Positions 13,660 through 27,093 of a stretch of DNA of 64,000 bases are shown one piece after another. The notes beneath the pieces were generated by a model. It ran no database searches. It was not told where the DNA came from and saw only the letters and a list, made by a program, of their open reading frames with translations. Source of the stretch: Felis catus (Eukaryota); the NCBI RefSeq assembly GCF_018350175.1, contig NC_058369.1, positions 12,402,001 through 12,466,000 of the forward strand, read 5' to 3'. The position numbers were made by a program, and so were the translations under genes. Each line of letters opens with the position of its first letter. Positions within the stretch are counted from its first letter, which is position 1.

Positions 13660-13707
<48 letters not shown>
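13660..13707. repeat. (CA)n microsatellite
   Basis: About 24 uninterrupted CA units. Confidence 0.97.
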
Positions 13708-13708
<1 letters not shown>

Positions 13709-13779
13709 AGAAAAAAGAAAGAGAATAAATTCTTACACACAGCTCTATAAATTATAGTCCAAGGGGGTCAGCCTCTATC

Positions 13780-13910
13780 TGCCCCTTTTTACAGGGAGGA
13801 AGTTAAGGCACAATGAGGTCACCTACTCTGCCTGAGGTCACACAGCTGGGTTTGGGGCCCAGGCAGCCTGGCAACCAAAAACTGGCTCTTCACCACATGC
13901 TCCACTGCCT
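13780..13910 (+). mobile_element. MIR fragment
   Basis: ttttacagggaggaagttaaggcacaatgaggtcac...cctgaggtcacacagct resembles the MIR core. Confidence 0.65.
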
Positions 13911-15769
13911 CTCACAGAAATACACAGATAAAGCACAGCCGTGGCCTTGAAGGCGCTCCCGGTGTGGCTGGGCAGGCAGGCAGGCGGACGGGGCTGTGGG
14001 ACGTGCAGGGTCTTCTGAGGCCTTCAAGGGGCAGGATGGAGGGTGTTTCTGAGGAGACCTTCAGGGTACACAGGAGTCCGTAGAACAGCCCAGAAAGGTG
14101 AGAACTCGGCAGGCTGAGAGCAAAGGGTCAGCAGCACACAGGAGCACAGGTACAGAGAACACTGGGCGGGGGGCGGGGGAGGGGCAGGTCACACAGTGGA
14201 CCCCAGGCCATGCTCAGAGCAAGGAGTTACATGGTCAGATCAGACTACAGATTTTTGGACACAGCTGCCTGGTGGAGAACTCACAGCTGAGGCAGAGAGA
14301 AGATCTGCGGGCCTGGCCAGCCCCACAGAGTGAGATGGTGCCAAGCAGGACGGCGTGGATATGAGACAAAGGGGGACACGGAGGCAGGGAGGACCCAGGG
14401 GCTCAGGCCCTGGCTGAGGAGAGGGACGTGGGCAGGAGGGGATGGCCTGCAGCTGGATGCCAGGGAGCCACCACGTGTGTCTCTTAGCTCGCTCGCTTCC
14501 CAAGGTCCTGAGCGTGAACTTCCCACGGACCACCATGATTCACCCATCCTGAGATGCACCAACGTGTCACCAACCACTAAGAGACAAACGGTGCCTAATG
14601 GAAGACGAGGCCTGGCCCCAGAGACATTAAAATGTGACTGACAGGGACACCTCATTCCTCAGTCCTCGTACCCTGAGTGTTCAGAGGCGGGCAGAAGCAC
14701 ACGGTCTCCCTCACACCCAGCATGCTATCGGGGACCAGATGCTGTCCCCAGCCGTGCCCTCCCCTCAAGCATGTCTGAACAGATCCTAACCCTGGCATCC
14801 CCAGCTTCCCTGCCCCCACCGGGGCTGTGGCAGCAGCTGGCACACCTGAACGCCACATCTCCCAGCTCTAGCTCCCCCACCCCCAGCTCCACAGGCAACC
14901 TTTCCACACTCCATTCAGAAACCACTTGGGACCCCAGTGGGAGAAGCCTCAGCCCTTCCCTCCACCGGCATGCCTCTGCTCTTCTGCACAGAGCCACTGC
15001 ACCCTGTCACCCAGGTGATGCTCACACAGCACTGTGGCTGACAAGCACTGCATATGCAATTGGATGGGGCAGCCAAAGGAGTGAAGGGGTGGGGCATGGA
15101 ACCAGAACCTTCCACTCTAAGGTCATTAGCAAGTCACCTGTCTGGACCCTTGCTGTGTCTCTAAGGATGGCAATGCCTCTCCCGTGGGATTGGGTGAGAA
15201 TCTGCCCCGCACACGGTCAAGTGCTAGCCAGCCAGGGGTCCCGATCTGTGCGATGGGAAACGCTGCAATCATCGCCTCCACGGGCTACCGCTAAAGCAGA
15301 TGTGCTCAAGTGCTCAAGAGCTTTTCTGATCGCCAAAGTGACATTGGACGGGAGCCGCAAGACAGCCAGGTAACAGAGCCCAGCGGTCTTCCCGTGGATA
15401 AACAGCAGGACTCTAACACTGGCTGCTTCTGTGTGTCAGGGACAGACACGCCCCCCTGACTCAGCCCCGCAGGCCTCCTGGAGCCAATGCCAGCTCCATC
15501 CGCACTTGCCCTCTCACACCTAACCTCCGCTTGAGAGAAAGTGGGGGGAGGAATGGGAAGGTCTCTGGCCCAGTGAGGCTCCAAACGGTGCTCACAGGGA
15601 CCTGTGGTTGCACAGGAAGCTGTCTCTCCCTGTTCCCCATCCTTCCAGCACAGATCTGAGCAGGGCTATGCAGGAGGCTGCCTGCCCTGCCCTGCCCTGC
15701 CCATAGGGGGTACCCATAGAAGTTGCCTCTCCATATCTGTCACTGTGAAAACCAGCACTCCACACTTTT

Positions 15770-15974
15770 TTTTTTTTTAATGTTTATTTATTTTTGAGAG
15801 AGACAGAGCGTGTGTGGGGAGGGGCAGAGAGAAAGGGAGACACAGAATCCGAAGCAGGCTCCAGGCTCTGAGCTGTCAGCACAGAGCCCGACGTGGGGCT
15901 CGAACTCACGGACCACGAGATCATGACCTGAGCCAAAGGTGGACACTTAACAGACTGAGCCACCCAGGTGCCCC
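15770..15974 (-). mobile_element. Can-SINE
   Basis: TSD aaccagcactccacactttt at 15750-15769 and 15975-15994. Confidence 0.95.
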
Positions 15975-18641
15975 AACCAGCACTCCACACTTTTACTGGC
16001 TGACAGACCTAGTGGAGACATGCACACAAATATTCAAAAAGCACTGTTTTATTAATAAAAACTCTGGGAGTCAGCTCCATGACAATGAAAGAGATACTAT
16101 CACAGAATATTATGCTGCAGTTAAAGGAATAAATTCTACTCATATGTAACAAAGACAGAGCCAGGACATGCTGAGGGAAATGAGCTGGCTTCAAAATGAC
16201 AGACTTGTGTGCCAGAATTTATTTAAAAGTCATGCACAGTGTTCTAGGATGTGTCTTTACACACAAAGAAGACGTACTCCAGACTCGAGACTGGTTCCCT
16301 CCAGAGTGACAGAGGAAAACTACATCAGTGACAGAGGCCAAAGGGGCCTTCGCTGTAGCTCAAACACTTACATTTTAAAAGAAGAATGTATTTATTGTTT
16401 GTCGTACGGACCGATCAGTGAAAAGGAGAGGGAGAGAACAGGGCAAAGGAGGGCCCAGGAGTGCAGGCCACACCTGGATGTGCAGGCTGGAGAGGGTGCC
16501 AAGGTTTGGGGGGGGGGGGGGGGAAGGGGGGGCGTCGTAAGTTGCCAGAGGCCGTTCTGCAGAGGGGACATTCTGGATCTACAGGGACTGCAAACAGGGA
16601 CGTCAGCTTTCAAACAGAGACAGTGGGGTGTGGAAGGTGACCTGAGACCTGGTTTGCCAGAATGCACATTTAACACCTGTTGTCTTGTGTAACTTTTAAT
16701 AGTGCCTCGTTCACTGTCAAAGTGTCCTGGTCTGGAGGTTGAGAAGTATAGTCGCCTTGGCCATGGGTACAGGGAAGGAATCACAGCCAGGCCTCCTGAA
16801 CACCTCCGGAGGAGGCGGCACGGGAAACCCCACTGGCCTCTGCCAGCGCCCCTGTGCAGTCCAGTGAGAGCAGCAGCAGAAGGGACTGGCACAGGGCACC
16901 CCGACCAGGAGGTGGCACCTCCAAGCTGCCGAGGCACTCCAGGAGTGGGGTCTCCGTGCTGGTGCCGGTGGGCACTACCAGAAAAGTGAGAGGCTCAGAG
17001 GAGCGGTGGGCAGGGAGACACGGGTATGACAGGGGAAGGGGTCAGGTGGAAGATTCCCAGGGAGAAGAGGACCAGCCCAGATTCCGCAGCGCTGGGAGGG
17101 AAGGAGGGAAGGAGCTCATCCTGCAAACGCAAGGCCCTAGGAAGGAAACAGCGGAAGGCTTCACAGAGCTCTTAGTAACAAAGCACCTTGTCACATTGGT
17201 CTTCTCCTCCAACTCTTAGCAAATCTGTCACTCAACGGGGCCAGCTCTCCTCCTTCCTCACTCACCTCACTCACACACATACTTCTTCACTTCTGCCTCC
17301 CCGCAAAGAGATGGGCATCAGATCACTGGTCTGCCAGGCAGCTTGACAGAGTGAACCGGTGGCAGCACCTGACCCTTAGCGGATCACCAGCCTTTACAGG
17401 CCTGGGCGCGTGCACGTCTGGAGACTGCAGTGGACTGGCTTCTCAGGGGATGCTATTTCCCTCCTCCCTACAAGATCTGGGATGTGATGGCTTTGGGGCT
17501 GGGTCCCCAAAAGCACAAACACCTTCATCTAATTAGGAATGACACTAGTTTGCACGCTGGGCCAGTCCCATCTCACTGACCCGGCAGTGTGACTCTCCAT
17601 AAAGCAGGGATACTGGGCCCTGTGGCCAGGAGGGGACAGGCCATTGAGCCTCTGGACTCTCCGAAGCTGTCTGGCCCTGTAAACAAGGCCCACACAATTG
17701 GCGCAAATTGCAATGGGTCTGGGTTTCATTCTTTCCTTTTTTTGAGGGAGTGGAAACAAACATGGCATTAGCTATGCTGAAACCCAGAGCAACTTATATG
17801 GCCCAGGGGTGAGGTTAGCACCTCACCTTGCTCTGGGAGGAGGAAGTAGCCGGAAGATGGAGCTGCTCATTTCCCACAAACGCTGAAAAGGAACGCGTGT
17901 CTCTAACATCAGGAAACCTTGGACGTGGGAGCCCAAACCCATCTGGACCACACACTGCCAACGGCTGCTGACAGCAGAGAACAGACACGAGCTCTCATTC
18001 AGCAGCTATCTATTTACGGGGAAAATAAAAATGCATTGCGCACGTGCTGAGGAGGAAGTCAGGGAGCGGACAGAGCTGTGGGGCTTCCACAGACAGGCGA
18101 ACACGACAGTGTGAGTGTACCGAAAGCTATGAGGAAAACAAACATGCAGCGTGTTACAGGAAGGCTTCCTCTGACTGCTGGGCCAGGAGAGGGAGGTGGG
18201 CACCACAGCCCCAGAGAACCAGGACAGCAAAGGATCTGGAGCAGAGTTCTGGCCCTTCCCCACCTTCACTGCAGCTGGCTCACTGCATGCCCCTGAGGGG
18301 CTCTGGGCACAGCCTCTGAACCGAGAGAACCGTCCAGGCGGCCAGCTACAAAGGCCGTGATGCCACCTTGGACAAAGAGCCTGTGGCTTGCAGCCCAGAT
18401 CTCCATTTGCACACATACCAATACTTCTGCTCTTCTTGGGCTGCTGTGCCCTGCAGCCAGGGTCCTAACTGGCTAGCAGGAGGGACTCTACCCGGGACTA
18501 TGCTGGAGGCAGCTCACACCAACCCATGAGAGCCCGTGGCGAACTTTCAGGAGTCTTGGGAACCAGATGTTAAAACACAGCCACTGTTAAAAAAATGCAA
18601 TGATAGAGACTCACAAGTTATACTGAAAACAGAGGTGATGA

Positions 18642-18888
18642 GGGACATCCGGGTGGCTCAGTCGGTGGACTGTTCGACTTCGGCTCAGGTCACGATCTCA
18701 CCGTCTGTGGGTTCAAGCCCCATGTCAGGCTCTGTGCTGACAGCTCAGAGCCTGGAGCCTGCTTTGGATTCTGTGTCTCCCTCTCTCTCTGCCCCTCTAC
18801 CACTCACCCTGTCTCTCTCTCAAAAATAAACATTAAAATTTTTTTTAAAGAAATCAAATTTCTTTAAAAAAAAAAAAAAAAAGGAAAG
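18642..18888 (+). mobile_element. Can-SINE inside MER63
   Basis: Consensus body; TSD aaaRcagaggtgatga. Confidence 0.92.
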
Positions 18889-19146
18889 AAAGCAGAGGTG
18901 ATGAAATGCAACTCATCATTTCCCATTTACTTTCCCACATTGCTATTATTTAGTTTTTGAGTTTATTCATGACTATTGTATCTTCATGGTGAAAATGGTG
19001 TGCTACTGAGGCATTTCTTCCCAGCTCCATGTTTGGTGACATCATGCTAGTGGCCTGAAATCAACCCACAGTGGAAGTATTTATACCATGGAAATTGGCA
19101 AATACTACAAATCAGGGCTTAACTGTCATGTTGGTGGCCTCTAGAC

Positions 19147-19418
19147 CAGGAGTCTACAAACTCATAACTCCTATGAGACTGCATATCCAGTCCAATGCCT
19201 GTTTTTGTAAATAAGGTACTTTTTCCCATATCACCTATAAATTCAGATAACAAAATTAGCCATGTAAATAAAGTTTTATTAGAACACAGTTATACTCATT
19301 CATTTTCATATTGTCTGTGGCTGCGTCTGTGCTATAAATAAAGGCAGAGTTGTGACAGACTACATGGCTCACAACATTTACCATCTGGCCCTTCACAGAA
19401 ATAGTTTGCCAACACCTG
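19147..19418 (+). mobile_element. MER58-like hAT-Charlie MITE inside MER63
   Basis: cagg...caaact start, aaataaagttttattagaacacag core, atctggcccttcacagaaatagtttgccaacacctg end. Confidence 0.8.
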
Positions 19419-21063
19419 GGGTTTAGACTTAAGAAAGTGATGGAGAAAATGTTAATAATGCAGATTAAATTTAAGTTTGTCATACCTGTAGCCATTACAT
19501 TAGGAATAGCACAAAATAAATGAGGAAATATCCTTCCAGTATTTGAAAACTATTATCTGATTCAGCATTAATATAAACAAAATTATCAATCGACCTTCAT
19601 GTCAGAACTACACTCATAAGCTGACTACAGATACAAAAGTACAGCAAAAATCAAGGAAAGCAATCTGTGAAACAACTGCTACACAGAACTGACAATAAAA
19701 AGGACTGTGTGTTTTATTACTTGCAAACTATATGCTATCTGTCCTGTATTATCAGTAAAATGTATAAACTTACGTGTGTATGTATATGCTATTTTTTTCC
19801 CAGAAAAGCTTGTTGCCAAACATTTACTGGCACACCACACAGTAAATTAGAGTATGTTACTTCAAAGAACTTGAAATAAAAGTTTGAATGAAACTAAAAT
19901 CCATTTGCATAATTACTGTATTTCAACACTACAAACGGAAAAGAGGGAAGAACCTGGATTCATCAGATACAGCAGCTCTTGTCAATTACTAAATGTTTAC
20001 TAAAACATGACTGTAAGTTTCATCACCTCCACATGCAGAATTTCTCTACAGTGATTATCAAAGGCAAGCAAAAAAATCCAACCTAATAAAAGTGAGGTTC
20101 ATGGACATGGCACTCCCTTTTATAAAGATTAATACTACTACTTAGAAAGTCAATACAAGTTCATTATTTAACACATTCCCTAATGCTTTATTTTATACTT
20201 CATTTTTCTTATCATTACACTGAAGAAATGTCATGTTCACGTTTTTCCCTTCAGTCCCACTTGCAGTTCCCCAGGGCACTGTCTGGACACCAGCATCTCC
20301 TATGTGTGCCATGACATGAAAGCATCTGGAGGCAGTGTGACACAGCGGGGAAGGGAGGGGACTCTCACAATGAGCAGCCAGGAGAGGCCTGAAGGAATCT
20401 GATGGTCACAGATCTGGGGAGAGGACCTCGGCAGTCATGAATGAGGGAGAGGAAAGTATACATTGAGGAAAAAAGGGTCTGAGTCACAGAGCATCTGTAG
20501 ATCATGAAAATAAGGAGTGGGATGTCTACTCTAAGAACACAGGATCTTAACTGGCAGAGTAGTGTGATCTGATATTGGTTTGGAAGCCGCAAGAAGGAAG
20601 TTCCCCAACAGGCAGATGGCCAAGCATACGCCAAAGACAGAGAATAGACATTTTGGCTGCAGAACCACTAGGACTTACAGATGGACCAGACATAGTAAGG
20701 TGGCAAAAAGCAGGAAGCACAATCACACCAGGAGTTTAACACAGCCACAGGCATGACTCCACTGACGGCGATGAATAAGGTCCACGACTCCAAGCACGTC
20801 CTCTTTGTCCTGGTGGGCTGGACCCCAGTCCTCTGAGAGCATCAAGAACAGGACTGGCGGCCCTGACCAGAGTAAGCACTGCACGCCCCTGCTATGAACC
20901 TCCTGGGTATGTAAGAGAAGTAAGTCCCTCCTCTCCACTGGCTGCAGTACACACAGGCCCCGCATCCACTCCACATCTGACTGCTCTCAGTAGTTCTTGA
21001 GTGTGCTCTTCAGGCTAAAGCAGTCTACTTTTCATTTTTTTTACTGCTCAATTAAAAAGACAA

Positions 21064-21218
21064 CGCTGGCTCAGTTGGTTAAGCACACCCGACATTGGCT
21101 CACGTCACGATCTCAGGTTCGTGGGATGGAGCCTTGAGTTGGGATTCTCTCTGCCTCTCTCTCCCCCTCCCTGCTCGCTCTTTTTCTCTCTCAAAATAAA
21201 TAAACATTAAAAAAAATA
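21064..21218 (+). mobile_element. Can-SINE, internally deleted
   Basis: tggctcagttggttaagc head joined to the TC tract and aaataaataaacattaaaa tail. Confidence 0.8.
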
Positions 21219-22440
21219 AAGACAATGGAGCATAGGAAAAACAAAAACAAAGTACTCCTACTGCCTCAACACAAGCGGTTCTCATTTTATCCAAAGCTCT
21301 AGTTTTTGTGCCTTTTCTGCTTGTGCTTGGCTAACAAAAATGCTCCTTTTCTTCATCATAGCAAGACTTGTCCATTTTTCTACAGAGGCTTCAGGACTCT
21401 TCTTCACAGCCCTATGCCACTCGACTCTGCAGTGTACTGTGTTTCCTAAGCTTCTCCCATGCCGTTTAATTAATGACATCAACAATCACAATCATGTGAA
21501 TATATCTATTAACAGTGTTATTAAAATTCATCGTGTATCTATCTGTTGGTAAGTTCCTAGGAGTAAAATGACTAGATCAAAGGACACCAGTGGCTATGCC
21601 TCTCCCTATGTAAATACTTCCCAAAAGGGTGAAGTATGAAGTAGCTCCTGGATCCTGCCAGCAGGGTGGTGTGGGATGAGGCGAGTAGGGTGGGAGACAG
21701 ACTAGGAGATACAAAATGGCAACAGGGTAGCTTTAACGCTAAACCTTGATTTCCTGACAATGCCATTCTTCCCACACATTTGAGTACCAGGTATAATTTC
21801 TGATTATTAATCACATCAACATCTCTGTCTGCTAATGTCTCTGAGATCTTGGGACTATTGATTCTGCATACCCTATCTTCATACAGAAAGGACATTCCTT
21901 CCTCAAGGCGCGTTCACACACAAATTCATAGTTTGATCACCCTCAGCTGCAAATGCCGTACAAAGAAAGGGATTTAGAAAAGTTCAGACAGATTGGAATC
22001 CTGACTGGGAGTTCCAACCCAAGCACCTCTTCCAAAGAAGTACGCCTTCCGTTCTACCAGTCTGAGATTTTGTTCTACAACCTATTTCTTCCTTTTTCCC
22101 ACCCCCAGGGAGCTTTTAGAAATGTGTAAAATTATGCAACGTTGTCTGGTAACTGCTCACACTAGAGGGAAGACTATCTTTGAGGAAGAAGAGCATCAGT
22201 GAAAACCAAAGTTAAGTATCTACAAAATCATCCAGGAGAATAACTGCCCCTACTCCCAGGAAAGTGGGAAGGGGCTTATACGTAAGGTTCAGTGCCTTCT
22301 ATGTACTCTTCAGTATGGTAGGGCTTATCTTGTTCTCACTTTTTAGACAACAGCTAATTTGAGATTGACAGCAAATATCTGATGTGACTTGTCCAATGAA
22401 AAACATCTCAGAGAGAGCCATAGAGATTTGAATCTGGATC

Positions 22441-22952
22441 TGTGAGAAGTGAGATGATTCATTTTCAGAAATACCAAATAAAAGCTGTGCTGTTTAGTTA
22501 ACGATAGGTTTACAACCTTTCGGAAATATGTAACCACCCCCCTCCCCCCGCCCCCTGACAACTGAGTCCCAACCCTTAGACACTTCACTTCCTGGTTCTT
22601 CTTTCCCTCCCCATTTTGTGGGCTTATTTTTTGTGGACTTTGCAATGAGCATGCACCAAAGAACTGAAGTCTTTGTGTTACCTCAAGGAACATACATGTG
22701 TTGAATCAGACTTTTTCCCTTACATGGACATAGGCAACTACCTGTAAGGCCGTAACCTCTGTAGTATTCAGCCAATGAGGAACCAGGGGAGGGATTTGCA
22801 CACTAGGAGATAAATTGCCTGCTGTAACTGCCCCAACTGTGCGCTTGTCCATCAGACACCTGTTCCTGCAAGAATGTTGATTAAACCCTAGCTTCCCTGT
22901 GCTCCGAGTCCGTGTCCCTCCTTTGACTGGGGTAGTGGGCTTATTTCTCACA
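22441..22952 (+). mobile_element. Solo ERV LTR (512 bp) inserted in a MIR
   Basis: Terminal inverted repeats TGTGAGAA...TTCTCACA; flanks ggatc/gggtc (5-bp TSD, 1 mismatch); CCAAT 22772-22776, GATAAA 22809-22814, ATTAAA 22880-22885. Confidence 0.75.
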
Positions 22953-22985
22953 GGGTCTAACTTCAAACCCTTGCATATTAAATAC

Positions 22986-23191
22986 TTTTTAAAAAAAGTT
23001 TTATTTATTTTTGAGAAAGACAGAGAGAGAATGTGAACAGAGGAGGGGCAGAGAGAGAGGGATACAGTGGATCCAAAGCAGGCTTTGTGCTGACAGCAGA
23101 CAGCCCGATGCAGGGCTCAAACTCCGGAACCATGAGATCATGACCTGAGCCCAAGTCAGATGCCTAACCGACTGAGCCACCCAGGCACTCC
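22986..23191 (-). mobile_element. Can-SINE
   Basis: Consensus body ending ...gagccacccaggcactcc. Confidence 0.9.
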
Positions 23192-23579
23192 TAAAACACT
23201 TCTCTTTCTGTTCTTCATTCCATCTGTCCATCTGCCCATCTCTCTTTACTTAGGAGGGAGGCTCCAAGGATATCTATTTAGTTGTTAACAACATTAATCA
23301 ACCCAGACTTAAGAAATGAGAAGGCTTTCTTCCCTAAGAGGAGACCTCACGAATGGAGCGAGCAGATATAGCTCGGAGGCTCTAGAGACATTAGAGACAC
23401 CAAAGCTGTGTGCCTGGGTGGGGGTTGAGAGAAGAGGATGGCTAGGAAGGGACAGGAGCCCCATTCTGCGCCCCTATGCCAGCTCAGGTGCAAACTCCTC
23501 CCCCACCTCTCATGTGGAAAAAGGCAGCAACAGCCCCCAGTCCTGACCCAAAGCACAAGTAATCCGAGAGGCCCTAGAA

Positions 23580-23745
23580 GTGCTCTGTCCTCAGGTGGGC
23601 ATGAAAATTAAATAGAAATTTAAAAGTCAGTTCCTTGGTCTTACCAGCCACATGTTAGGTACTCACGATCCCCATGTGGCTCACAGCTACCTTACTGGAT
23701 AGCACAGACGGAGACCATCTCCATCAGGTCACAGTGCTCTGGAAG
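23580..23745. mobile_element. MER3/MER33-like hAT-Charlie fragment
   Basis: cagccacatgtt...ccccatgtggct...ctaccttactggatagcacag motif. Confidence 0.6.
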
Positions 23746-25269
23746 GAAGCAAAGACCTCCACAGGGATTCTCCTCTCCTCTCCTCTCCTCTCCTCTCTGC
23801 AGTGCCTGCCATATTGTCTCATGACGAAAGCAAATGCTCTTGAGGTCAGCTATGCAGTGACCAGGTGACTAGCTATTTAACCTTGCTCATCCATGAAATG
23901 GGATAATACCTAGCAGAGAGCAAGGACACATTAACAGCTGATGCTTTGGTCCTCCAGTTTCTATTAAGGTCCAAAGATTAAGAAATAACCTTTACGAAGA
24001 TTACACCAAAAGACCTTGAGCAGCTGATGTGTTTAGCAAGGCTGCTCACCAGACTGAATGGGATCCAGCCCCTCCCTGGCTGAACTCCACAGGCAGGTCT
24101 ATTATCACTGATAGGATTATTCTCCCCTTTCTGCAGGGCCTCCGGCATGGACAACCTCCCTCCCACTTCCGCTCACCTACAACAAACAGTACCCAGTCCT
24201 TCATGGTCATCTAGGTGACTACACAGAAGCTGGGCACTGTCCCTGCCACGGATGTGCTGAGCCTCTAAGGACACCACCAAGAGATGGCTCCCATAGCCCC
24301 AAGCCACAAATAAAGAAACTGAGCCTCAGAAACATTAAATGGTTTGCCCCAAGGCCACACAGGCAGAGGCCAGAGAAGGAGCTGAAGTGGCAGCCCTCAC
24401 AGCTGGTGTTCAGGGTTCAGAGCCCCCTGCTGGGGGGAGTCATCTTGGCCTGGGCCTGGCCCAAGAGAGGGAGGAGGTATATGCTCTCCAAGCACACCCT
24501 CCCCCTTCCCTGGGTCCTGTCACCAACTTACAGAATCCCGAGACTCCCTAGAACTACGGGACACACAGGGGACAGGCTTGGTGCCATAGTGCTAACTATG
24601 CCACTACAGTTCCAAGAGAACAAACATACCACGGGAGGACCCCGAAAGGCTGAGGTCTGGAGAGGGCCAAGTACTCCTATCAGGGAACCAGCCACCCCAA
24701 CCCCCACCCCAATACTCATGAGCTGAGCGCTGCCCTGCCCAGGCCCCACCAAACCTGAACTCTTACTCTAAACCCAACTAGATCCTCCCAAGTTAGGTAC
24801 TGCTTGTGCTCATCTGTCACTTGAAATTAGAGACGGACCCACATTGGTTCATAAACTGGTCACTGACTCTAACAGAATGAACAGGCTCACTATGCACCAG
24901 CGAAAGAACCAAGGCGGGGGGGGGGGGGGGGGAGGCGGGGGATGCGACACAGGCATGCTAGATACGTTAAAGATGCTATGAGAAAGATCAGACCAGGACG
25001 CCAGGAACAGCCAGAAGACAGTGCTCCTGGAAGATCTGGCCCTGGCCTTGCTGGGGGAGGCACCCTGGGCCCAGAGCCCAGAGAGGCAGATAGGAAGGGA
25101 AGGAGGGAGGAAGAAAAGGGGGAAGGAGGAAGAAAAGAGGGAGGGAGGGGAAAAAAGAGGGCAGGACATCCAGGTGTGGGTACACAAGCAGGTCAGCAGC
25201 TGAGCGTGGCTAGAGCAGCAGTGGGGGAGAGAAAACGCCTGAGCCAGACACTGGGGCACAACGTTCTCG

Positions 25270-25630
25270 GCTGATTCCGTCTAGACTCTCTTGATTGCAA
25301 GTAACAGAAAAGGCAGCTCAAATGAGCCTCATCCAGAAAAGAAGTCAGTGGCTCACTTAACTGAAAAGTTCAGGGCAGGACTCGCCTTGGGCCAGCTGGG
25401 CCATGGTGACCTAATCTTCCCTCAACTCTCTGGACAGGTCTCACTCCTGGGCAGGCTGTTCCCAAGCAGGAGATTACAGCAACAACCAGCTCATATCTTC
25501 CCCATTCACGTCTACCCCAACTACCCCAGCAAAGTGCTAAAACTTTCATAGGATCTGATTGGGTCATGGGCCCATTCTCAAACCAGTCACTGGCCAGGAA
25601 GACACAGCCCCATGATTGGCTAGTTCTCAG
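25270..25630. mobile_element. Old MaLR (MLT1-type) LTR fragment
   Basis: gattgcaagtaacagaaa...gctcacttaactgaaaagttcaggg...tgggtcatgggcccattc motifs. Confidence 0.55.
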
Positions 25631-26871
25631 TAACTAATCATCCAATAGGCACGGACCAGAGGGGAAGGACAGGAACTGGCAGCTGGATGGGCTGCCCACT
25701 ACCAAGCCTGTGAACTGTTAGCTACCCTGTATATCAGCACCTGGTGCACATCCGCCCTGGGGCCACATCCCATTCTCAACAGCCTTCCTAAGCAGCGTGT
25801 GTACATCCTCCTGACAAAACTCAGGCTGAAAACCTGACCTCATCCAAGGCTGCAAGGTGAACAGCAGAATCAAGATTCCAGGTTAGTTCAGTCTAATGAC
25901 AAAACCCAAAGACCGTTTTCTCCACTATATGCTACCTAAAGGACTCAGACTTTATATCCAGTCAGCCACGAAGCCCCTACAGAGAGGATGAAACGTCTGT
26001 GTTTGGGGACATTCACTCTTTGGCTGGTGTGGAGGAGAGAGCAGAAGGCAGACCAGCTGCTAAGCAGCTGCACTAGACCTCCCTGGAGATCCCATTTTTC
26101 GGGAAGGGGGCTGCCATGGGAGGCGGACCCCAGGAGAACTCTGAAGTAGCCCAAGGAGTGGTGGCACCACCAACCACCACAGCGTGGCACAGAAAGGCAG
26201 GAGGAAAGAAGGTGCCTCCACTTTGGAATGGGCCTCCTGCACATCCAGGACAGCAGTCTGCTGCAGAGAGAGAGTTCAGGTGCTGTTGGAAGCCATGGCT
26301 CTAAGAACACCTGGGGAACGCCTTCAAGGCAGACAGGGTCTTGGGCAGTGCAGGGCAAAGCCAAAACACTTGGGGGTAAGGAGGCACCATGGGCAGGGGT
26401 TTGGAGAGAATGGAATGGCCAACACAGCAAGGTGCAAGGGGGACAGGGGACGACGGGCACCAATCAGTGTTAGGCCTCAGGTCTGGTTCACTCCTGCAGA
26501 GGAACATTCAGCACCAACCCTACAGCAGAGAAGTGAAGACAGCACAATGACCCAGGAAGACAGTCTGGAGTGACAAACACAAGCACAGCAGATGATGCCA
26601 CTTCTATTTCCCAATTTGGGGAAGCCCACCACCCACCAGATAGAAAACCATGTTCACCGTCATCCTAACACAGGAGTTTCATCCTCAGGGCGACAAGCAG
26701 GTGCCCAGTCTCCTCTAGGAGGAGCTGACAAGCAGAATCACAGAAACCCTAAGACAGCCCTGGCCCCGCCCCTGCCCCCGCCCATTTCCGACCAGCCACC
26801 TGGGATAACTATAGCAGTCTGGGGGCACCTATTGTTTCTGTCTGAACTGCAGACCCTGTCTCTACATGCTC

Positions 26872-27093
26872 TTTTTTTTTTTTTTTTTCCCAACGTTTAT
26901 TTATTTTTGGGACAGAGAGAGACAGAGCATGAATGGGGGAGGGGCAGAGAGAGAGGGAGACACAGAATCGGAAACAGGCTCCAGGCTCTGAGCCGGCAGC
27001 CCAGAGCCTGACGCGGGGCTCGAACTCACGGACCGCGAGATCGTGACCTGGCTGAAGTCGGACGCCCAACTGACTGCGCCACCCAGGCGCCCC
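26872..27093 (-). mobile_element. Can-SINE, young felid subfamily
   Basis: Diagnostic tttttgggacagagagagacagagc and ggaaacaggctcc; TSD tacatgctc. Confidence 0.95.

Larger units (their letters stand above)
18495..19840 (+). mobile_element. MER63-like hAT-Blackjack DNA transposon, interrupted by a SINE and a MER58
   Basis: 5' tgctggaggcagctc...gttaaaacacagccac, internal ggaaattggcaaatactacaaatcagggc, and 3' aaacatttactggcacaccac match MER63 as recalled. Confidence 0.7.
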
